64,000 bases of DNA from Mytilus trossulus (Eukaryota). The DNA is taken from contig NC_086382.1 in NCBI RefSeq assembly GCF_036588685.1, positions 55,800,001 through 55,864,000 on the forward strand. Reading direction: 5' to 3'. The position numbers and the translations under genes are program-made. Below, one piece after another: positions 14,531-27,900 of this stretch. The number at the start of each line of letters is the position of its first letter. The stretch's first letter is position 1. The notes beneath the pieces are model-generated. The model was not told the DNA's origin. It saw only the letters and a program-made list of their open reading frames with translations, and searched no databases.

Positions 14531-15959
14531 CTTAAGTTTTTTAAAACTTTTTTTTCTTTTTTTAAACTTTTGTATTACTTTTATTTTATTTTTGGTTTTA
14601 TCTTGATTTCTACATTTGAACTTATTTATTGATATTTGTTTCACTTGATTGGTGGTCAATCGACGATATCTCATTTATTTTTATCAACTTTTTGCCTCAC
14701 TTTAGTCATAAGCCTTCTAAATCAGAACCACAGTGAAAAAGGAATCATGTTACACAGTAACGATTTATATTAAGTATAACTGTCTATTGTGTTATTAAAG
14801 GTACTCGGAATAAGTATGTCACATGTATTTTAATTCTGGGTTGCAAATCGAAAGAACAAGAGGGGGAACAATTGTAACATCAAGTCCGAATATGGAATAA
14901 ATCAGCCAATCGGTAATGCATTTTATACATAACGAAACTAACGATACACACAGTATAAGGAAAACAAAATTCTACAATATCGAAAAAGTATGTTAGTTAA
15001 TAAGCTATAGGTCAGGAAAACATGGACAAAATGTTACAGCAACAAATCTGTCATCTGTATTAGGATGCCGTAAAGCAATCGTTGCGTAAAAGTAATGAAA
15101 TAATACATACCAACAATGTGATCAGTCAGACCTGTTTGCTTCATTAAATTTTAATCACGAATAAGACAAGGCATCATATTCTAAACTCCAGATGGAAATT
15201 TGTGCTTCATGTGGCTAACAACAAACATAGATGTCAAAGAATGTATAATATTGTGCATTGATGGAATCCTTCATCGAAGATTATTTTACGTTTTCTATAA
15301 TCCATGTCAAAATTGGTGATATATTTAAGACTTAACGTTCTACAGTTGACCTGCAAATCGATTTATTTATATAAATATTGGTTTCATAACAATTATTTCT
15401 TGTTGATTTTAATATTGCTGATAATTTGCTTGCGCTGTCAATATTCTTAAATGCACCAGTTTTTAGATTGATTGAATATCATAGTTTATGCCGTTTTCCA
15501 TATAACAAGTGTTTGCCTATTACCTTTAGGTGTTTTTCCATTTTATAAAACAACAATAAATCACAATGTTTTTCATCAGTAAAACATATCATATAGGTTA
15601 GGTACAAGTCCTATAATTTTTTTGAAATAATTAAGAATCATAATTTAAAACAAAATTAGATAGCAAGTAAACGAATTATTTGTTTGCATGTCTAAGCTCT
15701 ATTTCTAATACTGTTCAATATATGTCTTTGATTGTAGTTAGAAGCTGTAAAACAATCTATAAGATTTCACGAGTTGATGTTTTCTACAATTAAATCAAGA
15801 CGGCATCTGAACTTTCTTATGTGAATTACTGACCATCTTCATTAGAAGATAACCTCATTTAATTTTGCGTGATTTCCAATTAAATACTACATTGACATTT
15901 ACTACTAATATTCAGTATTCGTGGTTTTCTCTGTCGAATAGACATTTAAGGAAAACACA

Positions 15960-16130
15960 CTCATCAAAGATACCAGGCTTATTTTTTATTCAAGAAGTGT
16001 ATTTTGTCTACAAAAGAATCTTAAGTGTGTTCAAATAAAAAGACGTTAAAAGGAAATATTAATTACAAGAAATACTTATACAAATTGGACGAACATTGAG
16101 GACCCAAAATTCCGAAACGTTTCGCCAAAT
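15960..16130 (-). repeat. Degenerate retrozyme fragment
   Basis: atcaaagataccagg...gtctacaaaag...cattgaggacccaaaattcc...gccaaat is similar to 3315-3470. Confidence 0.5.
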
Positions 16131-16750
16131 ATAGTACTGAATGTCCCCCTCTAGTATAGTATATTAACCTCTAGTTCTATATTTTGATCTCTAGTACTCG
16201 TTGTTAATAACATCTATTACAGTACGTTGACTTCTAGTTCTTCATATTGATCACTAGTACTGTAAGTAGGTATCTAGTAATGTATGTGGTTCTTTTGCTG
16301 GGTGTTGTCTTCAAAGACTGTATGTTGCCCTCTTGTCCTTTCTGTTGCCCTCTAAAGATATTTATGGGCCTCATGTACAGTTTTCTACCTCTAGTTCAGT
16401 ATGTGGATTTCTAGTTTTGTTATTTGCCATCTAGTTCTTTACATTGCCCACTTGGGCAGTTTGTGCTTCCAGAACTGTATGTTGTCCTCTAATACGGAAT
16501 GTTTACATCAGGTACTATGTTGCCCTATTGTACTGACTTTTGCCATCTATTACAGTATGTTAACTTCTAGTTCTATATGTTGATATCTAGTTCCACATGC
16601 TATCTTTTGTTTTATATGTAGACATAAGTACTTTACGTTGCCCACTAGATCATTATGTTGACCTCCAGACTGTATATCGACCTCTATTTCTGAATATAGC
16701 TCTTTAGTAATGTATTTTGACCTCTTGCACAATATATTCTCCTCTAAAGA
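16130..16750. repeat. Degenerate ~21 bp minisatellite
   Basis: Recurrent ctctagtactgtatgttgac-like units. Confidence 0.7.
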
Positions 16751-17708
16751 TCGGAGTAAAAAATAAATACAAAAAGCAAACAATGCCACAATCTTATGCG
16801 AGAAAGGTAATAATATGATAGCACATGTCTTGTTTCATGACATCAGGTAAAACATTCGTTAAGGAGTTAAAAAAACAATTTTTAAATAGATATATTTTTT
16901 AAGGTAGAATACGTTTTATAAAAGTAAAGATCAAAATAAAATGTTATCTTTCATGAATAAAAAAAAAACCTGTGATGCAACGTTGTCTGTTGACGAAAGG
17001 CAGTGTGTTTTTATTAAAACCGGGTTGAATTAACTTTTAATATACAAAAACTCAGTTATTCTAATAGTTGATACGTTATGCAAAGTATGTGTGATATGTC
17101 CAGATTCCTTAATAGACACGTATACCATAAATTAGAAAAATAATTAAATAAACAATGACTTTTTTATAGTGGTCACTTGATTATCCAGAGAAATTAAGCT
17201 CGACCCAGAAGTTAAATACATAAAAAGTACTCAAAACATAAATACGAAATTACAAAAGCTCGACTAATAAGATAATCATGATATTATGCTTCTCAATTTT
17301 ACTGACTGCATACTGCGCTCTATATAGTTTTCGTTTATTTTTGTTTTTCCCCCTCTAATGGGGTGTCGTAAGGTGGCATACCAATTTACGTATATTCTGC
17401 CTCTTTTCTTGAACATTATACTAATGCAATAAAAACAGCGCTTCAGTAGTCCATATTCCATTTGAATAAATCCATTTAACTTATTTTGTTAGAAACAGAA
17501 ACTAGCAGAATGTGTGTGTTAAACCAGTAAAAATAGTTAAACCATTATGGTGACGTCAGCCTATTTATTTACCGTGGATCCTTCTTCTAGAATCAACGCG
17601 TCCTTAATTCGTCGCTGAAATGGACTCAAGATTTTATATTCTTTTGTTTCATTTGTGTGCCTAATTACATTAAGGTTGAATTGTCTACATTATCACAATA
17701 GTTTAAGT

Positions 17709-17811
17709 TATAGATACAATGGATAAGCGTTGATTCATGATAAACAAACCACTCGCCCTGCGGGCTCATGGTTTCTTTTTCAAGAATCAACGCTTATCTA
17801 ATGTATCTATA
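17709..17811. repeat. ~100 bp imperfect palindrome
   Basis: tatagatacaatggataagcgttgattc...gaatcaacgcttatctaatgtatctata around a GC-rich centre (gccctgcgggc). Confidence 0.8.
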
Positions 17812-18121
17812 TCACATAATTGTTCGTAGTTGTGACTAGTCACGTCACAAAGATTTCAATAAAACCATCATATAATTGATTAATCACTTCATGAAAAGGT
17901 ATTTGTATCTGTTACGTAATAAGTATGACAATGTACCGAGTGTCTCTTCAAATTATTCAACATCCTTTGAAGCAGCACATTAAGTTTGAGCATTTGGTTG
18001 ATGTAACAGTTATTCCACTTAACGGAGAATACTTTAAAATGACACTTTACTGGGAAAAGTATATTCCATTGAGTTGTTGAATAATCATTTCAAATTTGTT
18101 GTTTTGTGACATAGAAAACAT

Positions 18122-18812
18122 TTTACAGACGAATTAAGTCACATGGTACCCCGTGTTAATGAAGACAGATGGAATAAAACGCGAACCATGATGTACAAAC
18201 CCAGAAAAAAAATTGACAAAATACAGTAGCTAATTGTTTACGTTTTTTTGGCGGAGATTTCATAATCTTGACATTTGTAATCTTGATCCTTAACAAATAA
18301 AAAGCAAATATTGATATTCTAAGGGTTGTGAAATCTGCATTATTTATTAACGCGAGAAATACATAAAAAAAAAATGGAAGTTGTTGTGTCCATTTAAATT
18401 TCCGTATATCGAAAAATGCAGGGCAAGTTTTAGGAGAAAATGACCATTAGACCAATGTATTCAACTAGGTATATTTACAGACGAATTAAGTCACATGGTA
18501 CCCTGTGTCTATGAAGGCAGATAGAATAAAACGCGAACCGTCATGTACACACCGAGTAAAATGTTGACAAAATACATTAGCTCATTGTTTACGGTTGGGT
18601 TTTTTTGTGTTTGTAATCTTGACTTTTCTAATCGTAATCCCTCATCAAGTAAAAAGCTAATATTGCTATCATAAGAATAGTAAAATCTGGATGATTTATA
18701 AACGCGAGAAATAGATATAAAAGTGGAAATAGTTTTGTCCATTTCCGTATATCGAGAAATGAAGGGCAAGTTTTAGGAGAAAAATAACTACTAGACAAAT
18801 GTTATTCAACTA
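18122..18812. repeat. Diverged tandem duplication, ~350 bp unit
   Basis: tttacagacgaattaagtcacatggtaccc at 18122 and 18474; both units end gggcaagttttaggagaaaa...ttcaacta. Confidence 0.85.
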
Positions 18813-21428
18813 TGAATATTGTGATATTTTTTATATAATACATATATCTTATACTTTTGTGGCTCTTAAGATATTGGAAATCGTCTACATTCTTGCAGAC
18901 TTGCTATATTTTACACATCAAGTGCAGTGAACGCAAAAAAAGTAAGTCCCTAGGTATATTTTTGTGTTAAGTACGATGAATTAATGAAATTGCTTGGAAA
19001 GACACTTATAAGCTTAATAAAAGTACATGCATGCTACTTTTATTTATACTATTGTCTCGCCTTTTTTGAATTGATTTGTGGCGCAAATAAAATGCCAGCT
19101 GAACAAAATGTCAGACACTGTTATGAGGTTTAACCATTATTAAGTTTTGCAGTAGACGTGCAGATAAAGTAATTGCATACAGCTAACAACCAGTTGTATC
19201 ATCCTGTACTTCTATCACGAGGCACATTTAAATCTTGTTCTGCTAAACATTATAGCATACCTTGTGCATTGTTGAAGTATTTACAGTATATTTATTTGTT
19301 TATATCAATGCCATATCAAGGCTCTTCTTCGTGAATAGTTGTTTCATTGGCAACCAGTTCACATCTTCTTTTTTAACAATGAGAAAAAGTCCTCCTACAA
19401 GCACATACTACTATAAAGTATAAGGGTTATAACTAATTGCTCGTATGCTCTCGACTACTTATGTTAACTTCTTCTCTGTGCGTGTGTAATATAAATCCTT
19501 ACTGGAGGTTTTTGTTTTTACCCTAAATATTTACTTATTCGATTATTCAAATGTAAAAAATAAACAAAATAATAATGTTTCCAACTTTCTAAAAGAGGCA
19601 TGCAGTAGTTCGGGTTATTTATTTTAGTGTTTGCCTTGATCTCATCTTTATCAAAGGCCCTAGATGTATTTATGCAACTTTGATACATTCACATAAAGTT
19701 AAATTCATATCATACGACCTGGTAGCTATAAACCTCGGTTAAATCCAGGATGTTTAACATTAGACAGTTCTTGTACCAATTCAGGAATATGACAGTTGTT
19801 ATTTTTTTTTTATTTGGATATTTGATTAGAGACTTTCCGTTCCGAATTTTCATCTGAGTTCAATATTTTTTTGATTTTAATTTTTCTCTTGAATGACGAT
19901 ATTATCATAAGGATATTTGTATTGTGCTTTACGTTGAGTTTATAATTTATCTATTCGTCTCATAAACTTTATTTATTGACAAGGAAATAGGTAGAAATGG
20001 CATTGTTTTATTTTCAATATTCATTTGTATCAACGAGATCGTGTAAATTTTCACAGTATCATTGATAAATCATAATACTATAGTGAAGAATGCCTATAAA
20101 CAAATTTCATCATTAACAAAAGTAATTCCAAAAGAGAAGATGTTTCTTGAGCTGTAAATTGATCTTTTGTTTATGATCTTTCCAATACATTTTTGTCGTC
20201 CTTAATCAAATTTGTTAGTTATGTTCTTGTTTTGTCTGACATATGTTATATATTGTGTTATATTATTGGATATCAATGTTCTTCCTTATTAATACAATGC
20301 TTATCAAGTATTCCCTTAACATTGATACATTTACAATATTTAAAAAAAAAAATCATAAAAGCGTTCATTTATTCATCGTTGTCTTTATAATAGAGTATAC
20401 ACGACTGTCATACAAGTGAGAGGTTTAGGGAGCAATAAAACCAGGTTTAATCCACTATTTTCTACAAGATAAAACCTTTACAAATTCATATATGAGAGTT
20501 TTGTCATTTCGTTTGATGTTTATGAGCTCCTGATTTTGCAATTTGTTTAGAGATTTTCCGAGGTCAGTATTTTTATGATTTAACTTTTAACACCCTTGCT
20601 CACAAACACAACTATCTTTTATTGGCACAAAAGTGACTTTTGAAAGAAAAAACGTTAAACTAGAATGTAAAAATTAATTCCATTAAGGCTGTCTTGTATA
20701 TATTCACTCCTATGATTTATTCAGTTGATTGAAATGTATTTGCTGAAATATGTTATGGTTCGGATTTTGTAAATGACATATGTCTAACTGTTAAATTGGA
20801 ACTGAAGGGATACTGCAGATTATTGATAATGTTTATCAAAGTAGTTTTGGAAAGTATTCGTTTCAATTTGTTTGATTTGGATTTGTTGTTTTAAAAATTA
20901 ATTTCGTCTCTCCATATTAAAAAAGGACTTGGATGACCAGACAGACTCTTTTAAATTTCGACCCCAGGTTATTGACTCTACAAAATCTATTGATGTGTTC
21001 CAAATGCAATACGTTTTAACGTGCATTTTTTACGTCTTCATAGCGATGAATAGAAATTGTACATATTTAAAATCATCTAGACTTCTTAGGTTGAGCTTTT
21101 TGAAAAATTGGAAATTTTACACATTTACTATGTCCTGTAACGAACACTAAAAAATACTAACAAAGCAATTCCCTTTCCAATGTGCAAAGATATGACAAAG
21201 TTGATGTTTGCTGCGTACATGTAAACATTATTGTCAGTTTTGTTATGTGTTTTTCTATTTTTATCTTACACGGTTAATTAAGAACATCGTTTCAGTGTAT
21301 GAGTTGTAAAGAAAGTGCTGTGGATGCGCTTAAAGAGACAATACAGAAACTGACCTAGTTTTTCGTCCGACATCTTGGGATGACCTTGAATGCAGTTGCG
21401 GTCATCAGCTTTGCCCCAGTGATGGCTT

Positions 21429-21960
21429 TGTTTGAATATGTTTGTTAGCTTGTTGGTCATGAATGTGTGTCTCTAATATTTAATTAACTGTGCATTTGTA
21501 TTCAGATATTGCAGATCAAATTTATTTGTTCATTGTGTAATCATACGTTTTTTGATTGAGTTAAGTCTGCCAATTGATATTTTATCGTGTGTTTTTCTAT
21601 GTTGTGATGTTATGCTATTGTTTCAGAAAAAGGGAGAAGGTTTGGATCCATTAAAACGTTTAATCCCGCTGCAAATGTTTGAACCTGTCCTAAGTCAGGA
21701 ATCTGATGTACAGTAGTTGTCGTTTGTTTATGTAATATATACGTGTTTCTCGTTTTGTTTATATAGATTAGACCGTTGCTTTTCCCGTTTGAATGGTTTT
21801 ACACTAGTAATTTTGGGGCCCTTTATAGCTTGTTATTCGGTGTGAGCCAAGGCTCCGTGTTGAAGGCCGTACTTTAACCTATAATGGTTGACTTTTTAAA
21901 TTGTTACTTGGATGGAGAGTTGTCTCATTGGCACTCACACCACATTTTCCTATATCTATT
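21429..21960 (+). mobile_element. 5'-truncated copy of the same Naiad 3' end, inverted relative to the full element
   Basis: Near-identical reverse complement of 23873-24421 by visual alignment; both copies end ...gcactcacaccacat(c/t)ttcctatatctatt. Confidence 0.9.
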
Positions 21961-23133
21961 ATTTGCGGTTAGTTTTATTTCCAATAGGCGACTTTTTTAT
22001 TTTGTTATGTTTTTCAAATGCACTTAATTTCTTCAACGTCAGTTCATAAAGGTCATACAATTGTGTCGACACAATTTCTTTGAAGTTTTGTCTAATTGAC
22101 ATATACCTCTGGACTATAATTTATGTCAATTGAACAAATAATGATAGGGTTGGTGTAAATCATTCTCCGATTGTAGACGACAGAGTTGTGTTTAGAAGCA
22201 ATGAATGTCAGAAAATTTGAATTACTGCTTCATTAGACGTGTCTAGCTCTCATATAAACAAGCTTAACTTAATTTCATTATTTTTTTTCTATTCATTGTA
22301 AAGGTTTAGGAAGGGATTTTAATGTCTCTACAGAAAATGTATATAACTGTTTATGATTTCAAGAGTTCTTGCTGAAATAATTGTTCAATTCGTTTGCAAT
22401 ATCATTGTTTATACTTGTTTATAGTAAACACTAATATGTTTTAACGATTTTCCTTTATTTTCTTACACTTATTTGCATTTAATAGATACTAAAAGTATGT
22501 ATAATGTTTATGGCACTAAAATGGTGAAAAGATGTAGCTATATGGCGCCTATCTTCAAAAAATGGTTACAATTATTTTTTTTAATGCGCTACTATTCAAT
22601 GAACACTAAAACAAGTTAAAAACAATAATGAAGATAGTCGTTATCCAACACGTCAGTACCGATTTCTGAAAATAGCAGATAAACATTTAGAAATAGCACT
22701 TTAAGTGTTGGAATGTGGTAGTTTCAAAACATTTCCTTGAGAAATAAAATAATCTGTAGCACTTTAATGATAAGTTTAGTCGTTTGAATAAATTTACTTT
22801 ACAAATAAGGAGATTTGATTGCCAACGAGACAATTTTCAAGCAGAGTTTAAACTACACTGTTCTTAATTGACAATTTTTTTTCAAAGCAACTTCTAGTAA
22901 AACATTTTCATATTCATATTCATGAAAAGTTTATCGAATACTTATATTTTTTTTGAACTAGCAAAAACAACTTAAGTTTTCTCTGTTTTTATTATTTAAC
23001 AAAAATGATAGAACCACTTCAATCAGTCAAAACTTATTTTATTCATATGAGACCGATTTGGTTTCTTGAGAATAAAATATTTATAAAAGAACAATTTTTA
23101 GAAAGATTTGATATCAATTATGTCACCACTTAC

Positions 23134-23202
23134 AGTCCGGATCCCCAGGAGCAGTAACGTCCCAATGTTGTAAAACTGAAAACTACGCTTTACAATTTTC
23201 AT
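23134..23202 (-). CDS. Candidate first coding exon, signal-peptide-like (MKIVKRSFQFYNIGTLLLLGIRT)
   Basis: ATG at 23202, 23 codons, then a consensus GTAAGT donor. No downstream exon was identified. Confidence 0.2.
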
Positions 23203-24695
23203 GCGTCGTCTCTTATATATTAACAGATTAAATTTCTTATGTATATTAATTGAATTATTTTGCATAAAAAATAAGCTAAATGTTATCATACACTAAGTAC
23301 TATGTCAATTTTCTTCATAAAAATAGTTTTTAATATAGTTGTACTTGTTATATCTTACATAAAGTACAACTTTTCCCTAAAACAGATAGAAAGTGTAAAG
23401 CCTGAGATAAGTAACGGTCAATTAGCTTCTGGAGTGAAATATAGGTATTAATATTCAAGTTTAGGTTGTTATGCAATTTAAGGTAGATTCATGGTATACC
23501 GCCATCTTGCATTGTATAATCACAATACAAAATCGGTCTAGTTATTTGCCTCAATCTGCAAATTTGGAGACATATTTGCTATTCAATGGTTAGACTGTTT
23601 TTCTATTTAAAGAAAACTTGTTAATTAATCGTATTATACATAATATTTTAACAAATATAATCTGTTTTGGTTTTAAAATAAAAAATTTTCAAATGAGCCA
23701 TTTACGGTGAAATAACTCTTTTAGTACAACATTTATACTGGGCTAATAGGGATTTTTTTTATTTTTACTTGTAGCAAGAAAACAAGTTCCTACTATGTTT
23801 GACCTTAAGTCATATAGCAGCAACCAAATATTTATATCTTACAAGTTATTCTGTTGGCGATAAAATCATCTGAATAGATATAGGAAGATGTGGTGTGAGT
23901 GCCAATGAGACAACTCTCCATCCAAATAACAATTTAAAAATTAAACCATTATAGGTTAAAGTACGGCCTTCAACACGGAGCCTTGGCTCACACCGAACAA
24001 CAAGCTATAAAGGGCCCCAAAATTACTAGTGTAAAACCATTCAAACGGGAAAACCAACGGTCTAATCTATATAAACAAAACGAGAAACGAGAAACACGTA
24101 TATATTACATAAACAAACGACAACTACTGTACATCAGATTCCTGACTTAGGACAGGTGCAAACATTTGCAGCGGGATTAAACGTTTTAATGGGCCCAAAC
24201 CTTCTCCCTTTTTCTGAAACAATAGCATAACATCACAACATATAAAAACATATAAAAACATACGATAAAATATCAATTACCAGACTTAACTCAATCAAAA
24301 AACGTATGATTACACAAAGAACGAATAAATTTGATCTGCGATATCTGAATACAAATGCACAGTTAATTAAATATTAGAGACAAACAGTCATGACCAAAAG
24401 GCTATCAAACAAATTCAAACACACTGAGAAATATTTAACCAATCAATGTTCACTTTAGAAAAAAAACGTTTTTTTATAATCTTGAAGTTTATACAAATGT
24501 TGTAAGAATAAGTGAAAAATTGAAGATATTACAAATAATCAAAGCTGGTATACAGCCAAGATCCATATAAATAAAAAATGACAAAAAAGCAGTATAAACA
24601 GTATCAACAGGTCGAATTAACAAGAAAATACGATTTGAGAGTACTCGCAGTTACTGACAGCTAGTTAAAAGCCAAAACCAATTAATAGTAAAAAA

Positions 24696-24779
24696 TCATG
24701 CATCAGAGACTAAAATCGACTAAAACACATCACAGGGATTTAGTATTTTAACGTCATTAATAGTCAAAGAAGACATGAC
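24696..24779 (-). promoter_or_regulatory. Eukaryotic SECIS element (form 2-like) in the retroelement 3'UTR
   Basis: Minus strand reads GACUA UUA AUGAC GUUAAAAUAC UAAAUCCCUGUGAU GUGUUUUAGU CGAU UU UAGUC. Helix I is GACUA/UAGUC, the core is UGAC/CGAU (tandem G.A/A.G), helix II is 10 fully paired bp (WC/GU), followed by an apical A run and an AUC/GAU mini-stem. Confidence 0.88.
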
Positions 24780-24900
24780 TAGTGCAATGCCAAAAATAAA
24801 TGTATCGACAGGTAGTAGTATAGTGAAGAGCGACTTCTATAGAAATAAAAGTTAACGTGGCTGTGTCCCCTATACATCTCGTCTCAAAAGATAATGAAAT

Positions 24901-27900
24901 TTAGTTATGTTTTAATTTGCTAATGACAAAATCAATATTAGTGCCAATGTGAACTATATTCAGAGATCTAATTACAATATTGGTACGATAACCCTTACTT
25001 ATAAGTTTGTTTAAAGGTTCGATGAGTTTACAAGGATCACATAGTGATTTCCTCGCTTTAAGTACAATATTACCATAAAATTTAGGATGAGAAATACCAT
25101 TTTTAATAAGCTTTCTACAGGTATAGCCAAATTTACTAATCAAATCTTTGTATCTATGAAAGAATTTAGTAAAAGTTTTAAGTAATTTATGGTATCGAAA
25201 TCCCTGACACAACAATTTACCAGTGATGCATTGATTACGTTCGTTAAAATCTATGACATCAGAACACACACGGGCAAACCGAACGAGTTGCGATATATAA
25301 ACACCGTATGATGGAGCTAAAGGCACATCGCCGTCTAAAAAAGGAAAATTAACAATAGGAAATGAAAAATCGTCTCTTTTGTCGTAAATTTTAGTGTGAA
25401 GTTTCCCGTTTGAAATTGAAATGTCTAAATCTAGAAAAGGACAACTGCTGCTGTTTATGTTAGATTTAGTTAAAGTAAGTTCGTTTGGGTAAATTTCTGA
25501 AGTATATTTAGAGAACTCTGGATTATTCAACGAAAAACTATCATCCAGATAACGGTAGGTATTTTTGAATGTATCAACCAAATGTAACAATGATGGGTCT
25601 TTACTGAGTTTGGTCATAAACTGAAATTCATAGCAATATAGAAATAAATCTGCTATTAAAGGGGCACAGTTGGTGCCCATAGGAATACCTACTACCTGAC
25701 GATACACTTTATCGCCGAAACGTACATAAATGTTATCAAGCAGAAAGTTTAAAGCTTCAATCATATCCTCACATTTCCAGTAAGTGTATCTAGCATACTT
25801 TCCTTTTTCGTTACAGAAAAAGGCCTTAAACGAGTTACAGCAAATAAAATTACAATGAGATTTTTCGAAAGACCATTTTATCAAATACAAAAACTTTTTC
25901 TTTATAAGATTGTGTGGAAGTGTAGTGTACAGAGTAGAAAAATCATAACTGTCAACAGAATTGTAAGGACCATTGAAAGCATGTATTTTATCTAAAACCT
26001 CTAAAGAATTTTTAACACTCCAAAAATAATTAATACCATTATTTTCATAAGCTTTATTACAAAAGTTAATAACCAGTTCTTTGATAGTAGTAAGGGAGGT
26101 GGTTAGAAGCACTGATAGATTAGTAGTAGAACACTTACTCGAAGCGGAGATGAAACGGAATTTAAATGGTTTTTTGTGTAATTTCGGTAACCAGTACATG
26201 GTAGGGACTTTCAAATGTTCGGAAGATGCTTTAAACTGGGCAGTGGCAGTGGTATGCTTGTTAACGATTTGACTCTCTGTGGTGCGCACTGACCTGAATG
26301 TAGAGGAATTTATTATTTCGTTTTGAAGAACTGTCGTGTAGTATATGCGTCACACCACCACTACATTATTTGCTGCCTTGTCTGCCGGTACGAACACAAA
26401 CCGCTCTGCGAGTACCTTGAGTTTGTTTTTTATTCTAGAAATGGGTATATCATGGTTCCTATTATTAATTTCAGAATTGTTTTCTAAATGAGATATTCGA
26501 ATATCAACAGTATTCATAATTTTATTCAAATAACTGTCTAAAGATTTTTTATCGAATTTTTCACGTTTGCACCAATTTTTACAATAGGCAGACAGAGCGT
26601 CTTTAATGACCTGACGACACTGTTTCCAATCTATTGTAGACGGAGGACGGTATTTCGGTCCTTTCTTTAGAAAAGTTATGACTTCACGGTCATCGACTAT
26701 GTTGAGGTCTCCTGTGATAACATGACCATAGGGAACATATTTAAAACTAGATGTTTCGCAATCTCAAGTGGAAGGAACATTATTTTCTATATTGACGTCT
26801 GTTGTAATTGACGTATAATTGAAAATCAAATGTCTGCTCGGTTTTTTATAAGAATACGAAATAATGGGTTGTTCTATATTATCAAAATATGGAGGTATTA
26901 AGCTATAGACAGAAGAGTCATTGAATATGCTAGACAAATTAATAAAATCAATACCTCTATTTATATATTTTAATTTGAGAAAATGTCGTTTACGATTTTC
27001 AGGTTTATCAATAATAGGAAAAAGCCTGTGATGACAAAAGGCTGTAATAATACGGGTGTATCCATAAAATGGGCTAAAAAAAGAAATTTTATCACAATCA
27101 AGAAAAATAGCATATAATTTACTTATAGGTATCTGACCCAGTTTGCATAATACTTGATGTCTGCCATTATTCTTTATTATAGATAACAGATCAGCAAGTG
27201 TATAATTTATACGATGTTTAATACGTTGATTGCGGTTCTTGCGTTTACCATGAGACCTATTATTTCTAAGTCGTTTATCAACAATATTAATGACATCGAT
27301 ATGAGTTTTAGATATGTTCCCCTGCCCTAATATTTTATCATTTAGACCGAGAGGATAAGCTGTTTGAAGTCTTTTTATCCAAAACAATTCGCGAACTTCG
27401 CGTGATTTTTCAAATTGCTTGTGTGATTCTCCTGGTTGTTTTTGAACGGTTTCGAGCGGTTGGAATTTTATATATTTCAGAATATGATTATGCTTATCTA
27501 AATGCTGATATACTAAACTTTTGAATTTTTTGGGTCTACGAAAGCGGTACAGATGTTCTTGATTTCTTCTGAAATACTCTCGTCCCGTCTGTCCCACATA
27601 TTGAATACCACACTTAGGTTGGGTTCAAGTTACCACATATATTAGGTTTTGAGTTTTTCAGGTAATATCACAGGAAAAGGAAAGCGAAAAGGTTCTCCCG
27701 TTCACTGTTGACCTTATAGTATTTTGAGAAGTTAATCTAAAACAAGTTAGTCATTTTTTGGCATTGCACGGGAAAATTTGTGGATATCCACGTGCATTTT
27801 TGTTAAATAATCTGGCTGTAGTGGCATTACCAATACGTTTATTTATGCACGTAGATAACCTAGAAGTTGTGTTGTTGATAATATTTTTTGTCTTCTGTAT

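Noticed and set aside
16130-16750. CRISPR-like periodicity
   Set aside because: Contiguous degenerate ~21-bp units without spacers, i.e. a minisatellite.
24901-26289. Bacterial retron, group II intron or defence RT
   Set aside because: The motifs are PLE-type and the context is eukaryotic repeat-rich DNA with no operon structure.
24901-27597. Two separate genes (RT and GIY-YIG) or a nonsense-decayed pseudogene, as the ORF track implies
   Set aside because: Both ORFs are in the same frame, the linker is open and motif-rich, every interruption is TGA at a Cys-type position, and a SECIS follows.
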